Part shown: positions 1 to 9,985 of the stretch, piece by piece | Numbering within the stretch: position 1 is the stretch's first letter | Layout: every line of letters starts with the position of its first letter | Origin: an uncultured Planctomycetia bacterium | GTDB taxonomy: Bacteria > Omnitrophota > Gorgyraeia > 2-02-FULL-51-18 | Direction of reading: 5' to 3' | DNA length: 64,000 bases | Assembly (NCBI GenBank): GCA_964402785.1 | Contig: CAYODQ010000004.1 | Span: 159-64,158 of the forward strand | Program-made: the position numbers and the translations under genes | Notes under the pieces: model-generated | Told to the model about the DNA's origin: nothing | The model's database searches: none | The model's input: only the letters and a program-made list of their open reading frames with translations

Positions 1-15
1 CAGTAGGAAAAAAAT

Positions 16-930
16 ATGCTGATCATAGCCTATGCAATTATTGGATTTCTTGCCCTGTGTGGTGTGGTGTCCATCTACAACTTCTTTACTGGTCGAGCGC
101 TTCACTCGTATGTTTTGAAGAAAGAAAAACATCCTGAGTTAGGAGTCATAAAGGGTGCCGAACCGATTTATCTTAAGAATCACACCGACAAAGCAGTTCT
201 TCTCATTCATGGTTTTATTGGATCCCCGGCCGATTTTGGAAGATTGCCCAACCTTCTTCATGCAGATGGATACACGGTCGTCGCGCCGCTTTTACCGGGT
301 CACGGAACCGATCCAAGGCATTTTTCAAAGACGACCCCGGAAGAGCTAGAGAGTTTTGTCCTTCGCCAATACAGGGAACTTAAAACCCGTTATAGGGAAG
401 TAACTCTTATCGGATTTTCTATGGGGGGCGCCTTAAGCATTTTAACTGCGCTGACCGAAAAGGTAGACCGACTTGTTCTCCTTGCGCCTTACCTTAAGAT
501 TGCACACCAGTGGTACTACGTTTTGCCCGCAGAGTGGCACAATGCGATATTTATAAATATCATTCCTTATACCTATCGGCCCATATCGTTTAAGCAGATC
601 AATAAAAAGGAAGCGATGGGCAATATTGTCGATTACGTCTACGTGTCACTTCGTGGAGCAGACACCGCTATTAAACTTGGTGACAAGGCTTTAAAAGTGG
701 CTGGCAACTTAAGACAACCAACGCTTATTATTCATGGTCTTAAAGATAGGGCCACAGATTATAAGTTTTCTGAGAAACTTACTAAGGATTTACAAAAAAA
801 TACTGAGTGTGTTTTTGTTTCATTGCCAAATACGAACCATATGATGATGTGGGATTATGATGCGGAGATTGCCGAGAAAGAGATATTAGCGTTTATTTCC
901 GGCCAAAGAACAACGGAGGTGGCTCGATGA
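16..930 (+). CDS. Membrane-anchored alpha/beta-hydrolase (esterase/lipase, S33-like)
   Basis: N-terminal hydrophobic helix, HGFIGSPADF oxyanion region and GFSMGG nucleophile elbow (GxSxG). 4-nt overlap with the downstream gene. Confidence 0.75.
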   Translation: MLIIAYAIIGFLALCGVVSIYNFFTGRALHSYVLKKEKHPELGVIKGAEPIYLKNHTDKAVLLIHGFIGSPADFGRLPNLLHADGYTVVAPLLPGHGTDPRHFSKTTPEELESFVLRQYRELKTRYREVTLIGFSMGGALSILTALTEKVDRLVLLAPYLKIAHQWYYVLPAEWHNAIFINIIPYTYRPISFKQINKKEAMGNIVDYVYVSLRGADTAIKLGDKALKVAGNLRQPTLIIHGLKDRATDYKFSEKLTKDLQKNTECVFVSLPNTNHMMMWDYDAEIAEKEILAFISGQRTTEVAR

Positions 931-3900
931 AGATATGTCCTAAATGCAACAAATCATACGATGACACCTGGAAGGTTTGTCTTACTTGCAGCATTCCTAT
1001 CGTAGATGCTGTTGACCAAGAGCTGCTGGACATGAAATCCGAGGTTTCTGAGGTAAGACGTACTATGTCCGATATCAACGTACGTTTAAACCGCATCGAA
1101 TACTTTCTTGAGAACCGTGGTAAGGAAAAGCCGAAACTGGTTCCGGCTACACAGGAAAATATAAGCAAGAAACCTCTCGACTTACAACCCGCAAGTGAAC
1201 CTGTGATCCCCAAAAAAGAGATAATTCTTCCCGCATCCGAGAGGGGAACGAGATTCAAATATATTTGGTCTTTGCCCGGACAGAAGAATATTGAGGGTGA
1301 ATTTACGTGTAGTGGCGTTGAGGAACTGAATGCGCACATTAAAAGCTTGGGCGGCGAACTTGTTCAGATTTTGTGGAAAACCGAAGTAAATCTCAAGCCT
1401 GAACCTAAACAAGATAAACCCATTCCTTCGATTGCTTCTGTAGAAAAGCCGGCAATCAGGCAGACAGTAAAAGCCCCCGAGCCCAAGAGAAGTCTCACAG
1501 AAAACTTTGAACAGGCTCTAGGTGAAAAATGGTTTAACAAACTGGGTATATTTGCGGTCGTTATAGGCGTAGCACTTCTCATCGGATATTCTTTTCAATA
1601 CTTGGGAGCTATCGGAAAAATCAGCATTGGTTTTGCTTTTGGTGTGGGCATGCTCTTATTTGGGCATTACATCGAAAAAAAGAAAGACTTTTCTGTTTAC
1701 GGGAAAGGTCTTATTGGCGGTGGGTGGGCCATCTCATATTTCACAACATTTGCGATGCACCACATTCCAATGGTTCGGCTTGTCGCTAGCCCTTTTCTTG
1801 GCATGGTTCTTTTGATACTCGTTGCGCTTGCGACCGTGTTGGATATATACAGGTACAAGTCGCAAACGGCTACGGGGTTTTCCTATCTACTTATTTTCAT
1901 CACCCTCATGATCGGCCCAGCAACAACCTTTACGATGCTCGCGACTATCCCCGTCGCTCTATCTCTTATATTTTTCATGAAGAAAATGAAATGGATGGAG
2001 TTCGGGTTGTACGGGATGTTCATGACCTATGTGACCTATATGGGCTGGTTCAGAATCGCCAACCTTTCTGGTAGGACGATTCTGACTCACGAACAGTTTG
2101 TGAGTGCAGTTATGTTTTTAGTTTTGTATTGGGCCATCTTCGTTTTTGCCGGATTTTTTTCGGACAAGGGTTCAAAGAGTAAATTATTTGACTCATTTGG
2201 ACTGAATATCGACATGGAGCACATCATTCACGTTCTAAATACATCAATTGCTTCATGCATTGGTTGGATGCTTATCGGAGCGGGGCATACTCAACACCTT
2301 CAACCGGCTCTTCAAGTGTCTTGTGCCGCTTATATCGGATTGACGGTGGCGGGGTATTTCTTAAATAGAAAACTTGTTCTTACGAGCTCGTCTTTTTCTA
2401 TTATTTATGCGGCTGTTTACCTGTCATTGAAATATACCGGGTACACGCTCATCACATCTGAGCTTGTGTTGGCATCAATAGTTTTGCTGATTGGCGTACT
2501 TATGAAAGAAAGCTATTGGCGCACTATTTCCTTGGGTGGCCTTGTTATCGTTGCTATTAAGCTCTGGACGAGTTACGGATTTCCTGCATCAAAGATTGAT
2601 CACGGGCAATTTGTTTTGTCTGCGATATTTTTAGCTACGTTTTGGGTATTTTCTTTATGTGCAGCCTTTTTATCGGATAGGGATTCAAAAAGCAAGGTAC
2701 TTTCGTCCTTTCAACTTGGCGTAAGAATGGATCACCTCATTTATGTTCTTATTGCTTCTATTGCATCTGACGCAGGATGGTTGATTATAAACGCCGGGCA
2801 CAAACAGCACTTGTTTTTAGCGCTTCAGCTAGCTTGTGCGGGCTATGTAGGTTTAACGGCTCTCGGTTATTTCTTCAAGAAAAAACTCATTCTTTTGAGT
2901 TCCTCCTTCGCAGTTATCTATGCGGTGACGTACCTATCGATGAAATATTCGGGGTATAGCCTAACAGTTTCATATCTTTTATTGGCAGAGATAATTCTGC
3001 TCGCCGGTGTTCTTCTTAAAGAAAGCTATTGGAGAGTTTTGTCGTTTGCCGGGCTTATGATAATAATTGCCAAACTTATGACGATCGATAGTTTTTATAC
3101 ACGAAATACGGTTATGGCCTACCACTTAAGCGCGCGGACACTTTTATTCGCATTGGCATTGGTAATGTATTTTATGAACACCTATTTGTACGGCAAATTA
3201 AGATCAAATAATCTATTAACTAAAATCGAAGAAAACCACCCAAACATTATTTCCTATAGCTATCCGCTAATTTATGCCATGGGGACTTGGCTTGATTTTC
3301 CAAAGGTATTAACAGCGCCATGCTGGGTTATTCTTGGAGTTGTTCTTCTTCATCTTGGCGTGGCGAAAAAGAACTATCACCAAAGGATGCAAGGATACAT
3401 CCTGACCACGGGTGCTTTTGTTCGACTGCTCATGTCTAACATGATCATTCAGGGCGGTATTAGTGTATTTAGCTACAGAATTCTAACGGCGATTCCTGTT
3501 ATTTTGATTCTGTATTATTGCTTGATGCTTCTGCAAGACAAAACGACAAAGAGTGTTTTAAGCGATCCCGAAAAGAAGATGGTTTATCTATATCCTTATA
3601 TGGTTTTTGTGGCCATCATGACCCTTGTCTGGTATGAGGCACCAAAAGACATGGTCGCTCCCGTGTGGGGTGTTATGGCAATGATTTATTCGTTGCGGGG
3701 GGTTTATACAAAAGAGAAGCATTACCTCTCCATCAGCTCAATCGCGGCGCTTGCGGCTTGTATGAGGGCGATATTCGTTAATCTTTACCAGGGAAAATAT
3801 CTTGTTGGCGCAGAAAGCAATATCATCCTGCCCATTTTGACAACGGCGTTGCTTTATGGTGGCAACATTTTCTATCTGAGTCAAAAGAATGCCGCAAACG

Positions 3901-4268
3901 AAACTGACGAACCGAAAGAAGGTCGGATTAAGGCATTTCTACATTCCTCTCGGCTAGTTTTTGGCTTTTCGGCGACAGCTCTTTTAACGGCTCTTTTGTA
4001 TATAAAGCTTGATGGGGCGCTATTAACCGTCGGCTTAGGGATTGAAGGTTTGCTGCTATTCTTACCGGGTATTTTTATTAAAGAAAAGCAATGGAGGATC
4101 TACGGCCTTTTGGTTTTACTTTTTACTCTGGCAAAAGCATTCCTGGTTGACCTGAGGCAGTTGAGCACGATCCACTATATTTTGTCATTAATTGCTCTAG
4201 GGTTGGCACTTCTGTTTGTATCGTATATCTATACAAAGCACAAAGATAAGATCAAGAAACTTATATGA
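927..4268 (+). CDS. Large polytopic membrane protein with N-terminal zinc ribbon (CPKC...CLTC), DUF2339-like
   Basis: CxxC-x14-CxxC at the N-terminus, then a coiled/charged linker, then >20 predicted TM helices. 'ENFEQALGEKWFNKLGIFAVVIGVALLIGYSF' matches the DUF2339 pattern. Contains an internal ~165-aa tandem duplication. Confidence 0.6.
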   Translation: MKICPKCNKSYDDTWKVCLTCSIPIVDAVDQELLDMKSEVSEVRRTMSDINVRLNRIEYFLENRGKEKPKLVPATQENISKKPLDLQPASEPVIPKKEIILPASERGTRFKYIWSLPGQKNIEGEFTCSGVEELNAHIKSLGGELVQILWKTEVNLKPEPKQDKPIPSIASVEKPAIRQTVKAPEPKRSLTENFEQALGEKWFNKLGIFAVVIGVALLIGYSFQYLGAIGKISIGFAFGVGMLLFGHYIEKKKDFSVYGKGLIGGGWAISYFTTFAMHHIPMVRLVASPFLGMVLLILVALATVLDIYRYKSQTATGFSYLLIFITLMIGPATTFTMLATIPVALSLIFFMKKMKWMEFGLYGMFMTYVTYMGWFRIANLSGRTILTHEQFVSAVMFLVLYWAIFVFAGFFSDKGSKSKLFDSFGLNIDMEHIIHVLNTSIASCIGWMLIGAGHTQHLQPALQVSCAAYIGLTVAGYFLNRKLVLTSSSFSIIYAAVYLSLKYTGYTLITSELVLASIVLLIGVLMKESYWRTISLGGLVIVAIKLWTSYGFPASKIDHGQFVLSAIFLATFWVFSLCAAFLSDRDSKSKVLSSFQLGVRMDHLIYVLIASIASDAGWLIINAGHKQHLFLALQLACAGYVGLTALGYFFKKKLILLSSSFAVIYAVTYLSMKYSGYSLTVSYLLLAEIILLAGVLLKESYWRVLSFAGLMIIIAKLMTIDSFYTRNTVMAYHLSARTLLFALALVMYFMNTYLYGKLRSNNLLTKIEENHPNIISYSYPLIYAMGTWLDFPKVLTAPCWVILGVVLLHLGVAKKNYHQRMQGYILTTGAFVRLLMSNMIIQGGISVFSYRILTAIPVILILYYCLMLLQDKTTKSVLSDPEKKMVYLYPYMVFVAIMTLVWYEAPKDMVAPVWGVMAMIYSLRGVYTKEKHYLSISSIAALAACMRAIFVNLYQGKYLVGAESNIILPILTTALLYGGNIFYLSQKNAANETDEPKEGRIKAFLHSSRLVFGFSATALLTALLYIKLDGALLTVGLGIEGLLLFLPGIFIKEKQWRIYGLLVLLFTLAKAFLVDLRQLSTIHYILSLIALGLALLFVSYIYTKHKDKIKKLI

Positions 4269-5242
4269 TGAATCTAAAACTGCGGCATATATTTCTAATC
4301 CTAAGCCTCTTGGTTTGTTTAAGCTCAATAGCGCTTATTATGGTCAAAGGACACCCTGAAGATCGAGTCAGCTTGGATTCTGTTTCAGAGATTGGTGAGG
4401 GGTTTTTAAGCAGTGTGAATAAAGCGGGGCATATCTTTGTCTCTACGGATGACCAAGAGGAAATGGAAATAGGGGATCAGATAAATACGAAAATACTAAA
4501 AACCCAACCAGGCAACCAAACAGGCAATGCGCTGTTGGAAAAATATGTGAATGATGTTGGAAACAGAGTTGTTGAAAATGTAAAAAGGCCAGGAATTAAA
4601 TATAAGTTTCATGTTGTAGAAGGCTTTTATCCCACAGCGCGTTCTGTCGCAGGCGGGCATGTCTATGTGACGACAGGCCTAATAAAAACTCTCAAATCGG
4701 AGGCCGAATTGGCGGGGGTTTTGGCTCATGAAATAACCCATGTAGACGCAAAACATTGCTTTAACGCAATTCAATTTAAAGTTCAAAATGGAAAGATCGA
4801 AGAATCTGGCTATGGGGCTCTTGCTGAGATCGGGTATGACGTGTTTTTTAAGCCGGGGTTTTCTGAAGCACAAGAAATAGAGGCGGATGCTGGAGGAGTT
4901 TATTTGGCATATCGAGCAGGTTACCACCCAATGGCAATTATTTATGCTTTTGAGCGTATCAATAAGGATGAGTTATCAAGGTCGGGTCAGGATAATTCAG
5001 CGACGTTAGTAGGGGACACGATGAATGCCGTTGGTGGGCTGCTTGTGAGGTATTTCAGCTCACATCCACCTACGGAAGATCGCATCAACATGATAAAAAG
5101 ATATATCGCTGATAACAAGCTGATGAGTTCAAATCAGCGATTTTATATTGGACAGAGAAATTACGAAGAAAAAATAGCCTACAAGATCAAGCCATATAGG
5201 GATGAATTAAAGAAGGAATATGTCCTGAAAGGAGCTTTATGA
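4265..5242 (+). CDS. M48-family zinc metallopeptidase (HtpX/BepA-like)
   Basis: N-terminal signal anchor and HEITHVDAKH (HExxH) motif with downstream acidic residues. ATGA overlap with both neighbours. Confidence 0.7.
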   Translation: MMNLKLRHIFLILSLLVCLSSIALIMVKGHPEDRVSLDSVSEIGEGFLSSVNKAGHIFVSTDDQEEMEIGDQINTKILKTQPGNQTGNALLEKYVNDVGNRVVENVKRPGIKYKFHVVEGFYPTARSVAGGHVYVTTGLIKTLKSEAELAGVLAHEITHVDAKHCFNAIQFKVQNGKIEESGYGALAEIGYDVFFKPGFSEAQEIEADAGGVYLAYRAGYHPMAIIYAFERINKDELSRSGQDNSATLVGDTMNAVGGLLVRYFSSHPPTEDRINMIKRYIADNKLMSSNQRFYIGQRNYEEKIAYKIKPYRDELKKEYVLKGAL

Positions 5243-6549
5243 ACAAAAAAGCGGTGCAATGGCTTCATAAAGAGTTGCCTGATTTGGTAAGTAAGGGGGT
5301 TATTTCTCAATCATCCGCCGATAATTTGCGTCAGCATTACCGCGACGTAAAAAGCGCGGATAAAAAATGGTTTGTCATCATTTTGTGCAGCGTGCTTGGG
5401 GCGCTGCTCATTGGGCTTGGTATTATTTTACTTTTTGGCCACAACTGGGAAGAATTGTCTCGTCCCGTGCGTGCGGTACTTTCTCTGTTGCCTTTAATGG
5501 TTGGGCAGGGACTGGCGATGTGGGTCGTGTTAAAAAGGCCTGAGTCTCAAGCTCTCAAAGAGGGCACAGCAACATTCTTGAGTCTTATGGTTGGGGCCTC
5601 TATCGCGCTTATTAGTCAAACATACAACATCCCCGGAGATACACCGTCATTCATTCTAATGTGGATGTTGCTCATTGTTCCGCTGACCTATCTTATGAGG
5701 GCTACGATACCGGCAGCTATTTTTGTTGCTGGAATTTCAGCTTGGGCCTGTCATTTTTGGGATGAGCCGCTCAAGGCGTTTCTTTTTTGGCCACTCTTGG
5801 TGATTGTAATTCCTCATTTTATTTGGTCATTACGACAGGAAAAATACACTATTCGTGCAGCGATCTTGGCGCTCGTTATGGCGGTGTCTGTGAGTGTTGG
5901 AGCACATTTTACTTTGGGCAGGTCATGGCCGGGATCCTGGGTTGTTATCTATTCAAGCCTTATTGCAGGGTTCTACCTTCTTGGTGCCTGGGAGTTTAAG
6001 GAAGTTTCGACAAACTGGCAGAGACCTTTTCAAGTTCTGGGAGGGTTGGGTATTTTCATCATAATGTTTATTCTTACTTTTCGGTGGCCATGGGAATCAG
6101 CGGCTGGGAAGTATTGGTATGCTAAGTATGACTTATCTCCTTGGATGGCTATCCCGGACCATATATTAAGTTTCTTGTTGGTGGCTGGTGCGCTGCTATT
6201 GTTCTATCAGTATGCCAAACGTCAGGACTGGATGAGGACGCTATTTGGAGTATTGCCCTTACTGGCTTTGGTTGGCTACGCTTTTAGCGGAACTTCAGCG
6301 GTCTTTCCCATGCTGTTATTCAATTTCTATTTACTCTCTGTCAGCGTCTTTCGTTTGATGACAGGAATACGGACAAATAATCTGAGTGTTATTAATACAG
6401 GTATGGTGATGTTGTCAGCGCTGGTTCTCGCAAGGTTTTTTGATAGTGAGATCAACTTCGTCCTCAAGGGACTTGTTTTTATATTTATTGGCGTTGGTTT
6501 TCTGGCGACAAATGTCATTATTTTGCGCCGCAAGGGAGGTGCAGCATGA
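5239..6549 (+). CDS. DUF2157-family membrane protein (soluble N-domain plus polytopic DUF4401-like membrane region)
   Basis: ~40-aa soluble N-terminus (VQWLHKELPDLVSKGVIS...NLRQHY) followed by ~12 TM helices. The layout and the gene context (next to a GDYXXLXY protein) are typical of the DUF2157/DUF4401/GDYXXLXY triad. Confidence 0.5.
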   Translation: MNKKAVQWLHKELPDLVSKGVISQSSADNLRQHYRDVKSADKKWFVIILCSVLGALLIGLGIILLFGHNWEELSRPVRAVLSLLPLMVGQGLAMWVVLKRPESQALKEGTATFLSLMVGASIALISQTYNIPGDTPSFILMWMLLIVPLTYLMRATIPAAIFVAGISAWACHFWDEPLKAFLFWPLLVIVIPHFIWSLRQEKYTIRAAILALVMAVSVSVGAHFTLGRSWPGSWVVIYSSLIAGFYLLGAWEFKEVSTNWQRPFQVLGGLGIFIIMFILTFRWPWESAAGKYWYAKYDLSPWMAIPDHILSFLLVAGALLLFYQYAKRQDWMRTLFGVLPLLALVGYAFSGTSAVFPMLLFNFYLLSVSVFRLMTGIRTNNLSVINTGMVMLSALVLARFFDSEINFVLKGLVFIFIGVGFLATNVIILRRKGGAA

Positions 6550-7109
6550 GAAAAGAACTTGTTGTTGGACTTTTTGCTGGTTTGATTGCACTGCAAATTG
6601 GTTTACCCGTATCTATGATCGCCAAAAGAGAATCAACACTAAGGGATGGCGCTGTTTTTCGTTTTAAAACCGCACCCGTAGACCCTTATGATGCTTTTCG
6701 TGGTCGATATGTAGCCATCAGAGCCGAGATAAACAAGGTCAAAATACCAGAAGGGGGGAATCTTAAATACGGACAGAAAGTTTATGCGCAGCTGACCGTT
6801 GATGAGAAAGGGTTTGCTCAAGTCTCGCAGATTACATTGCAGAGGCCCAAAGACTCTGCATATTTGACCGCGTCTGTTACATATCCTACCGGCAATGACA
6901 TCGGACTTAATTTGCCGATTGACCGTTATTACATGGAAGAGAAGGCAGCGCCTCGTGCTGAACAAGCGTACCGGGAGCATAGCAGACGCGATAAACAAGA
7001 TGCGTATATAACGGTAAAGATAAAGGATGGCTTTGCGGTCGTAGAGGGTTTATATGTGGGTGATCAGAAAATCGAAGATTTGGTGAGGCTCAAAGTCAAT
7101 ACAGCCTAA
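6546..7109 (+). CDS. GDYXXLXY-domain protein (variant GRYVAIRA)
   Basis: N-terminal TM anchor then 'PVDPYDAFRGRYVAIRAEI', which resembles the family signature DPrdllrGDYvxLxY. 187 aa, ATGA-coupled to the upstream gene. Confidence 0.5.
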   Translation: MRKELVVGLFAGLIALQIGLPVSMIAKRESTLRDGAVFRFKTAPVDPYDAFRGRYVAIRAEINKVKIPEGGNLKYGQKVYAQLTVDEKGFAQVSQITLQRPKDSAYLTASVTYPTGNDIGLNLPIDRYYMEEKAAPRAEQAYREHSRRDKQDAYITVKIKDGFAVVEGLYVGDQKIEDLVRLKVNTA

Positions 7110-7380
7110 TGATAAGTAACTTCTAGATGATGAAATTTGGGATACAACTGGGATACAGTCACTGCCACCGATGGACGAAATTAGACGAAAGTAGAAGAAC
7201 AGAGTTTTAGAGATTTATTGTCGTAACCCTTCTGAACTCGTATACTAATGCAAGTATGCGAATCTCTCCGAAAATAAACGAAAAAGAAAAATTCTTCTCA
7301 GAGCACAAGCACAAAATCTGGGGCGTAATGTAGGGCTGTTTCAGTTTTTGTGCGCCTAAGGTGGGTCGAAATATGCTATA

Positions 7381-9192
7381 GTGAGCGGCGTGACCGCTTA
7401 TACAACAAAAATAAAATTATTCAGGCCGTCCTGGAAGTTTTTGGTGCTGATAGTTTTTGTCGGTTTTATCGCCTATTCCAATTCGTTCCACGCTTCCTTC
7501 CACATGGATGATGAGGATTCGATTATCAAAAATGTGGCTATAAGGCACCTTTGGGACATTCGCGCGATCTGGGATTTCTATCCCAGCCGGTTCCTGACGT
7601 ATTTTACGTTCGCCATCAATTATGCTGTTGGCGGGCTCAATGTTGTGGGGTATCACTTTTTCAACATTTTCCTCCATCTGCTTTCGGGCATTCTCGTTTA
7701 TCAGCTGGCATTGTTAACCATTTCTCTGATACCGTTAGATGACGAGAAGTTGAAGGGGAGGCCCGAGTTGATGGCTGTTTTCGCCGCGCTCATTTTCGTA
7801 TCCCATCCTCTGCAGGTTGGGGCTGTTACTTATATCGTTCAGCGAGCCGTTGTGATGAGCTCATTTTTTTATCTACTTGCGATGGTTTGTTACATTCGCG
7901 GCGTCAGAGACAATTTACGCAGTTATCGGCGGGCCGCTCTGGGAGCTGCGGTGTTGTCTCTGTTTTCCAAAGAGATGGCGTTGACGCTGCCAGTTGCTCT
8001 CCTTGTTTACGATCGGACATTTTTTCGCGAAAAAAAAGGCGCTTTTTTGCGGCTCATGCCGTTTTTTATTGTAATGCTGCTAATGCCGGCCTCACTTGTC
8101 TTTTCCAAACATTTCAATCTAAAGTCATTCGAGCTTGCCATTGATTTGAGTTCTCGTCCCGCGCCCTTGAATTATTTGCTGACACAATTCAGAGTTTTTC
8201 TTACGTATACAAAGCTCCTGCTCTTTCCTTTACACCAGAACTTCGATTATGACTATCGTCTTTCAAAAACATTGTTTGAGCCTGGAGTGCTTGTGGGGCT
8301 GGGGATGGTTATATCATTATTGTTATCCGGATTGATCTTGCTCAAAAAAAATCACCCTTTTAAAGGGTTCGTGTTGATTTGGTTTTTCTTGTTATTGCTC
8401 CCAGAATCTAGCATTTTTCCGATACACGACCTCGCAGTTGAGCATAGGCTCTATCTCGTCGTGGCAGCGTTTTCGTTATTATTCGCAACCAGCCTTTTCT
8501 CTGTTTTGTCGGAAAAAGCCAGCGGCTATATTCTTTTATTTTTTGTCAGCTTCTTATTCCTATTGACTTACGACAGGAATATCGTGATGAGCGATGAGGT
8601 TAGCCTTTGGACAGATACAATCCAAAAATCTCCCAACAGCGCATCGGCTTACCTGGCGCGGGGAACAGCTTACAACGCCCGCGGGCAGATGGATCTCGCA
8701 ATTGAGGATTTCGACCGCTGTATCGAGATCGAGCCCCATTTTGTCCGAGCCTATAACAATCGGGGGATCGCTTATTACACAAAAGGGGATTTTTCACGTG
8801 CTCTTGAAGATTATAATAAGCTTCTGAAACTTAATCCAAAGTTTTCCTCAGCCTACCTTAATCGGGGGGCTGTTTATTATGCGCAGGGTAATGTGGGCAA
8901 GGCCTTTGAGGATTGGACCAAGGCGATAGAACTCGACCCGCTCTCCGCAGAAAACGCCTATAGCAATCGCGCCGTGATCTTTGGTGCTCGGGGTGATTTG
9001 CAGGGAGCTCTGCATGATCTCAATGCTGCGGTCGGATTGAACCCTTTAAACCCAAATTGGCGGTTGGCTCGCGCTCGCGTCCATTACAAGATGGATAATA
9101 AAAAGGCTTGCTTGGCGGATATACAAGAAGCGGAAAAAATCACACGAGAACTCCCCGAAGACATTCTGGCTGTGCTCAAAAATTTGAGGTAG
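7381..9192 (+). CDS. TMTC-like protein: GT-C (PMT/GT39-like) membrane domain fused to C-terminal TPR repeats
   Basis: N-terminal multi-TM region with an acidic loop motif (HMDDEDSII). At least six TPR units (AYLARGTAYNARGQMDLAIEDFDRCIEIEP..., AYNNRGIAYYTKGDFSRALEDYNKLLKLNP...). GTG start. Confidence 0.7.
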   Translation: MSGVTAYTTKIKLFRPSWKFLVLIVFVGFIAYSNSFHASFHMDDEDSIIKNVAIRHLWDIRAIWDFYPSRFLTYFTFAINYAVGGLNVVGYHFFNIFLHLLSGILVYQLALLTISLIPLDDEKLKGRPELMAVFAALIFVSHPLQVGAVTYIVQRAVVMSSFFYLLAMVCYIRGVRDNLRSYRRAALGAAVLSLFSKEMALTLPVALLVYDRTFFREKKGAFLRLMPFFIVMLLMPASLVFSKHFNLKSFELAIDLSSRPAPLNYLLTQFRVFLTYTKLLLFPLHQNFDYDYRLSKTLFEPGVLVGLGMVISLLLSGLILLKKNHPFKGFVLIWFFLLLLPESSIFPIHDLAVEHRLYLVVAAFSLLFATSLFSVLSEKASGYILLFFVSFLFLLTYDRNIVMSDEVSLWTDTIQKSPNSASAYLARGTAYNARGQMDLAIEDFDRCIEIEPHFVRAYNNRGIAYYTKGDFSRALEDYNKLLKLNPKFSSAYLNRGAVYYAQGNVGKAFEDWTKAIELDPLSAENAYSNRAVIFGARGDLQGALHDLNAAVGLNPLNPNWRLARARVHYKMDNKKACLADIQEAEKITRELPEDILAVLKNLR

Positions 9193-9201
9193 TAGTAATT
9201 A

Positions 9202-9918
9202 TTAAATAGTGGCTGAGATGGTTGGGCTCGGCTGATCAAGGGATGACTTGACGGCAGAAAATTTTTGAATAACAAAAATTGCCTGAGTGAATACTGTTGC
9301 CCAGATGATTTTGCAGCTTAAAACAGTGCCGTGTTGCGACGCTACCCTTTCAACCTCACCGATTGTTAGAGCGCGCTCATCAAAAAATATCCAGGATCCA
9401 AGTAATTCTGATAGGCGCCGGCTGATTTTGTACAGCCAGGTGGGTGTGGGGAAAGTTATCACGGCCACGCCTCCAGGTTTGAGAATATTCATATGCGCTC
9501 GAACAGCCTTTTTCATATCCTCGTGACCGAAGTGCTCGATCAATCCGATGCTGAGCGTTACATCCACTTGCGGCGAATGCTCAAAATCCAAAATATCTTT
9601 TTCATGAAAATGCAGAGACTTGCCGCAAAGCCGGCCGGGTTTAGTGGGATATTTGTCTATGATGTGATACTCCGCTGGGTTGAGCGAAAAATTAAGAATT
9701 GGGTAAACAAAGCTGTTTGCGCCACCAAATTCTGCGATGACAATAGATCCTTTGCCGAACAGGAGTTTTTTTAACTGCCGACTGACATGTCTACTGAGGA
9801 TGCCACGCGTCACTCCGGCCAAAGGATAGGGGTGTGTATAATAGTGATGCCAGTTAGTTTTTAGGTCGCGACGCTTCATTTGAATTAAAAGTATAGTAGA
9901 TTCTTGGGGTGAGGTCAT
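9202..9918 (-). CDS. Class I SAM-dependent methyltransferase
   Basis: Motif I 'IVIAEFGGANS', a post-I acidic residue (HIIDK) and motif II/III 'DVTLSIGLIEHF...LKPGGVAVITFP'. Confidence 0.55.
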   Translation of the reverse strand: MTSPQESTILLIQMKRRDLKTNWHHYYTHPYPLAGVTRGILSRHVSRQLKKLLFGKGSIVIAEFGGANSFVYPILNFSLNPAEYHIIDKYPTKPGRLCGKSLHFHEKDILDFEHSPQVDVTLSIGLIEHFGHEDMKKAVRAHMNILKPGGVAVITFPTPTWLYKISRRLSELLGSWIFFDERALTIGEVERVASQHGTVLSCKIIWATVFTQAIFVIQKFSAVKSSLDQPSPTISATI

Positions 9919-9985
9919 TTAAAATTTCGTGTGATGTGGTATGCTTTGATAGGGTTTTAAGAAGACGGAGTTATCGCGAGAAAAA

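Noticed and set aside
155-349. 64-aa + strand ORF nested in an alternative frame inside the alpha/beta-hydrolase gene
   Set aside because: It overlaps the conserved HGFIGSPADF hydrolase region in another frame and has no independent support.
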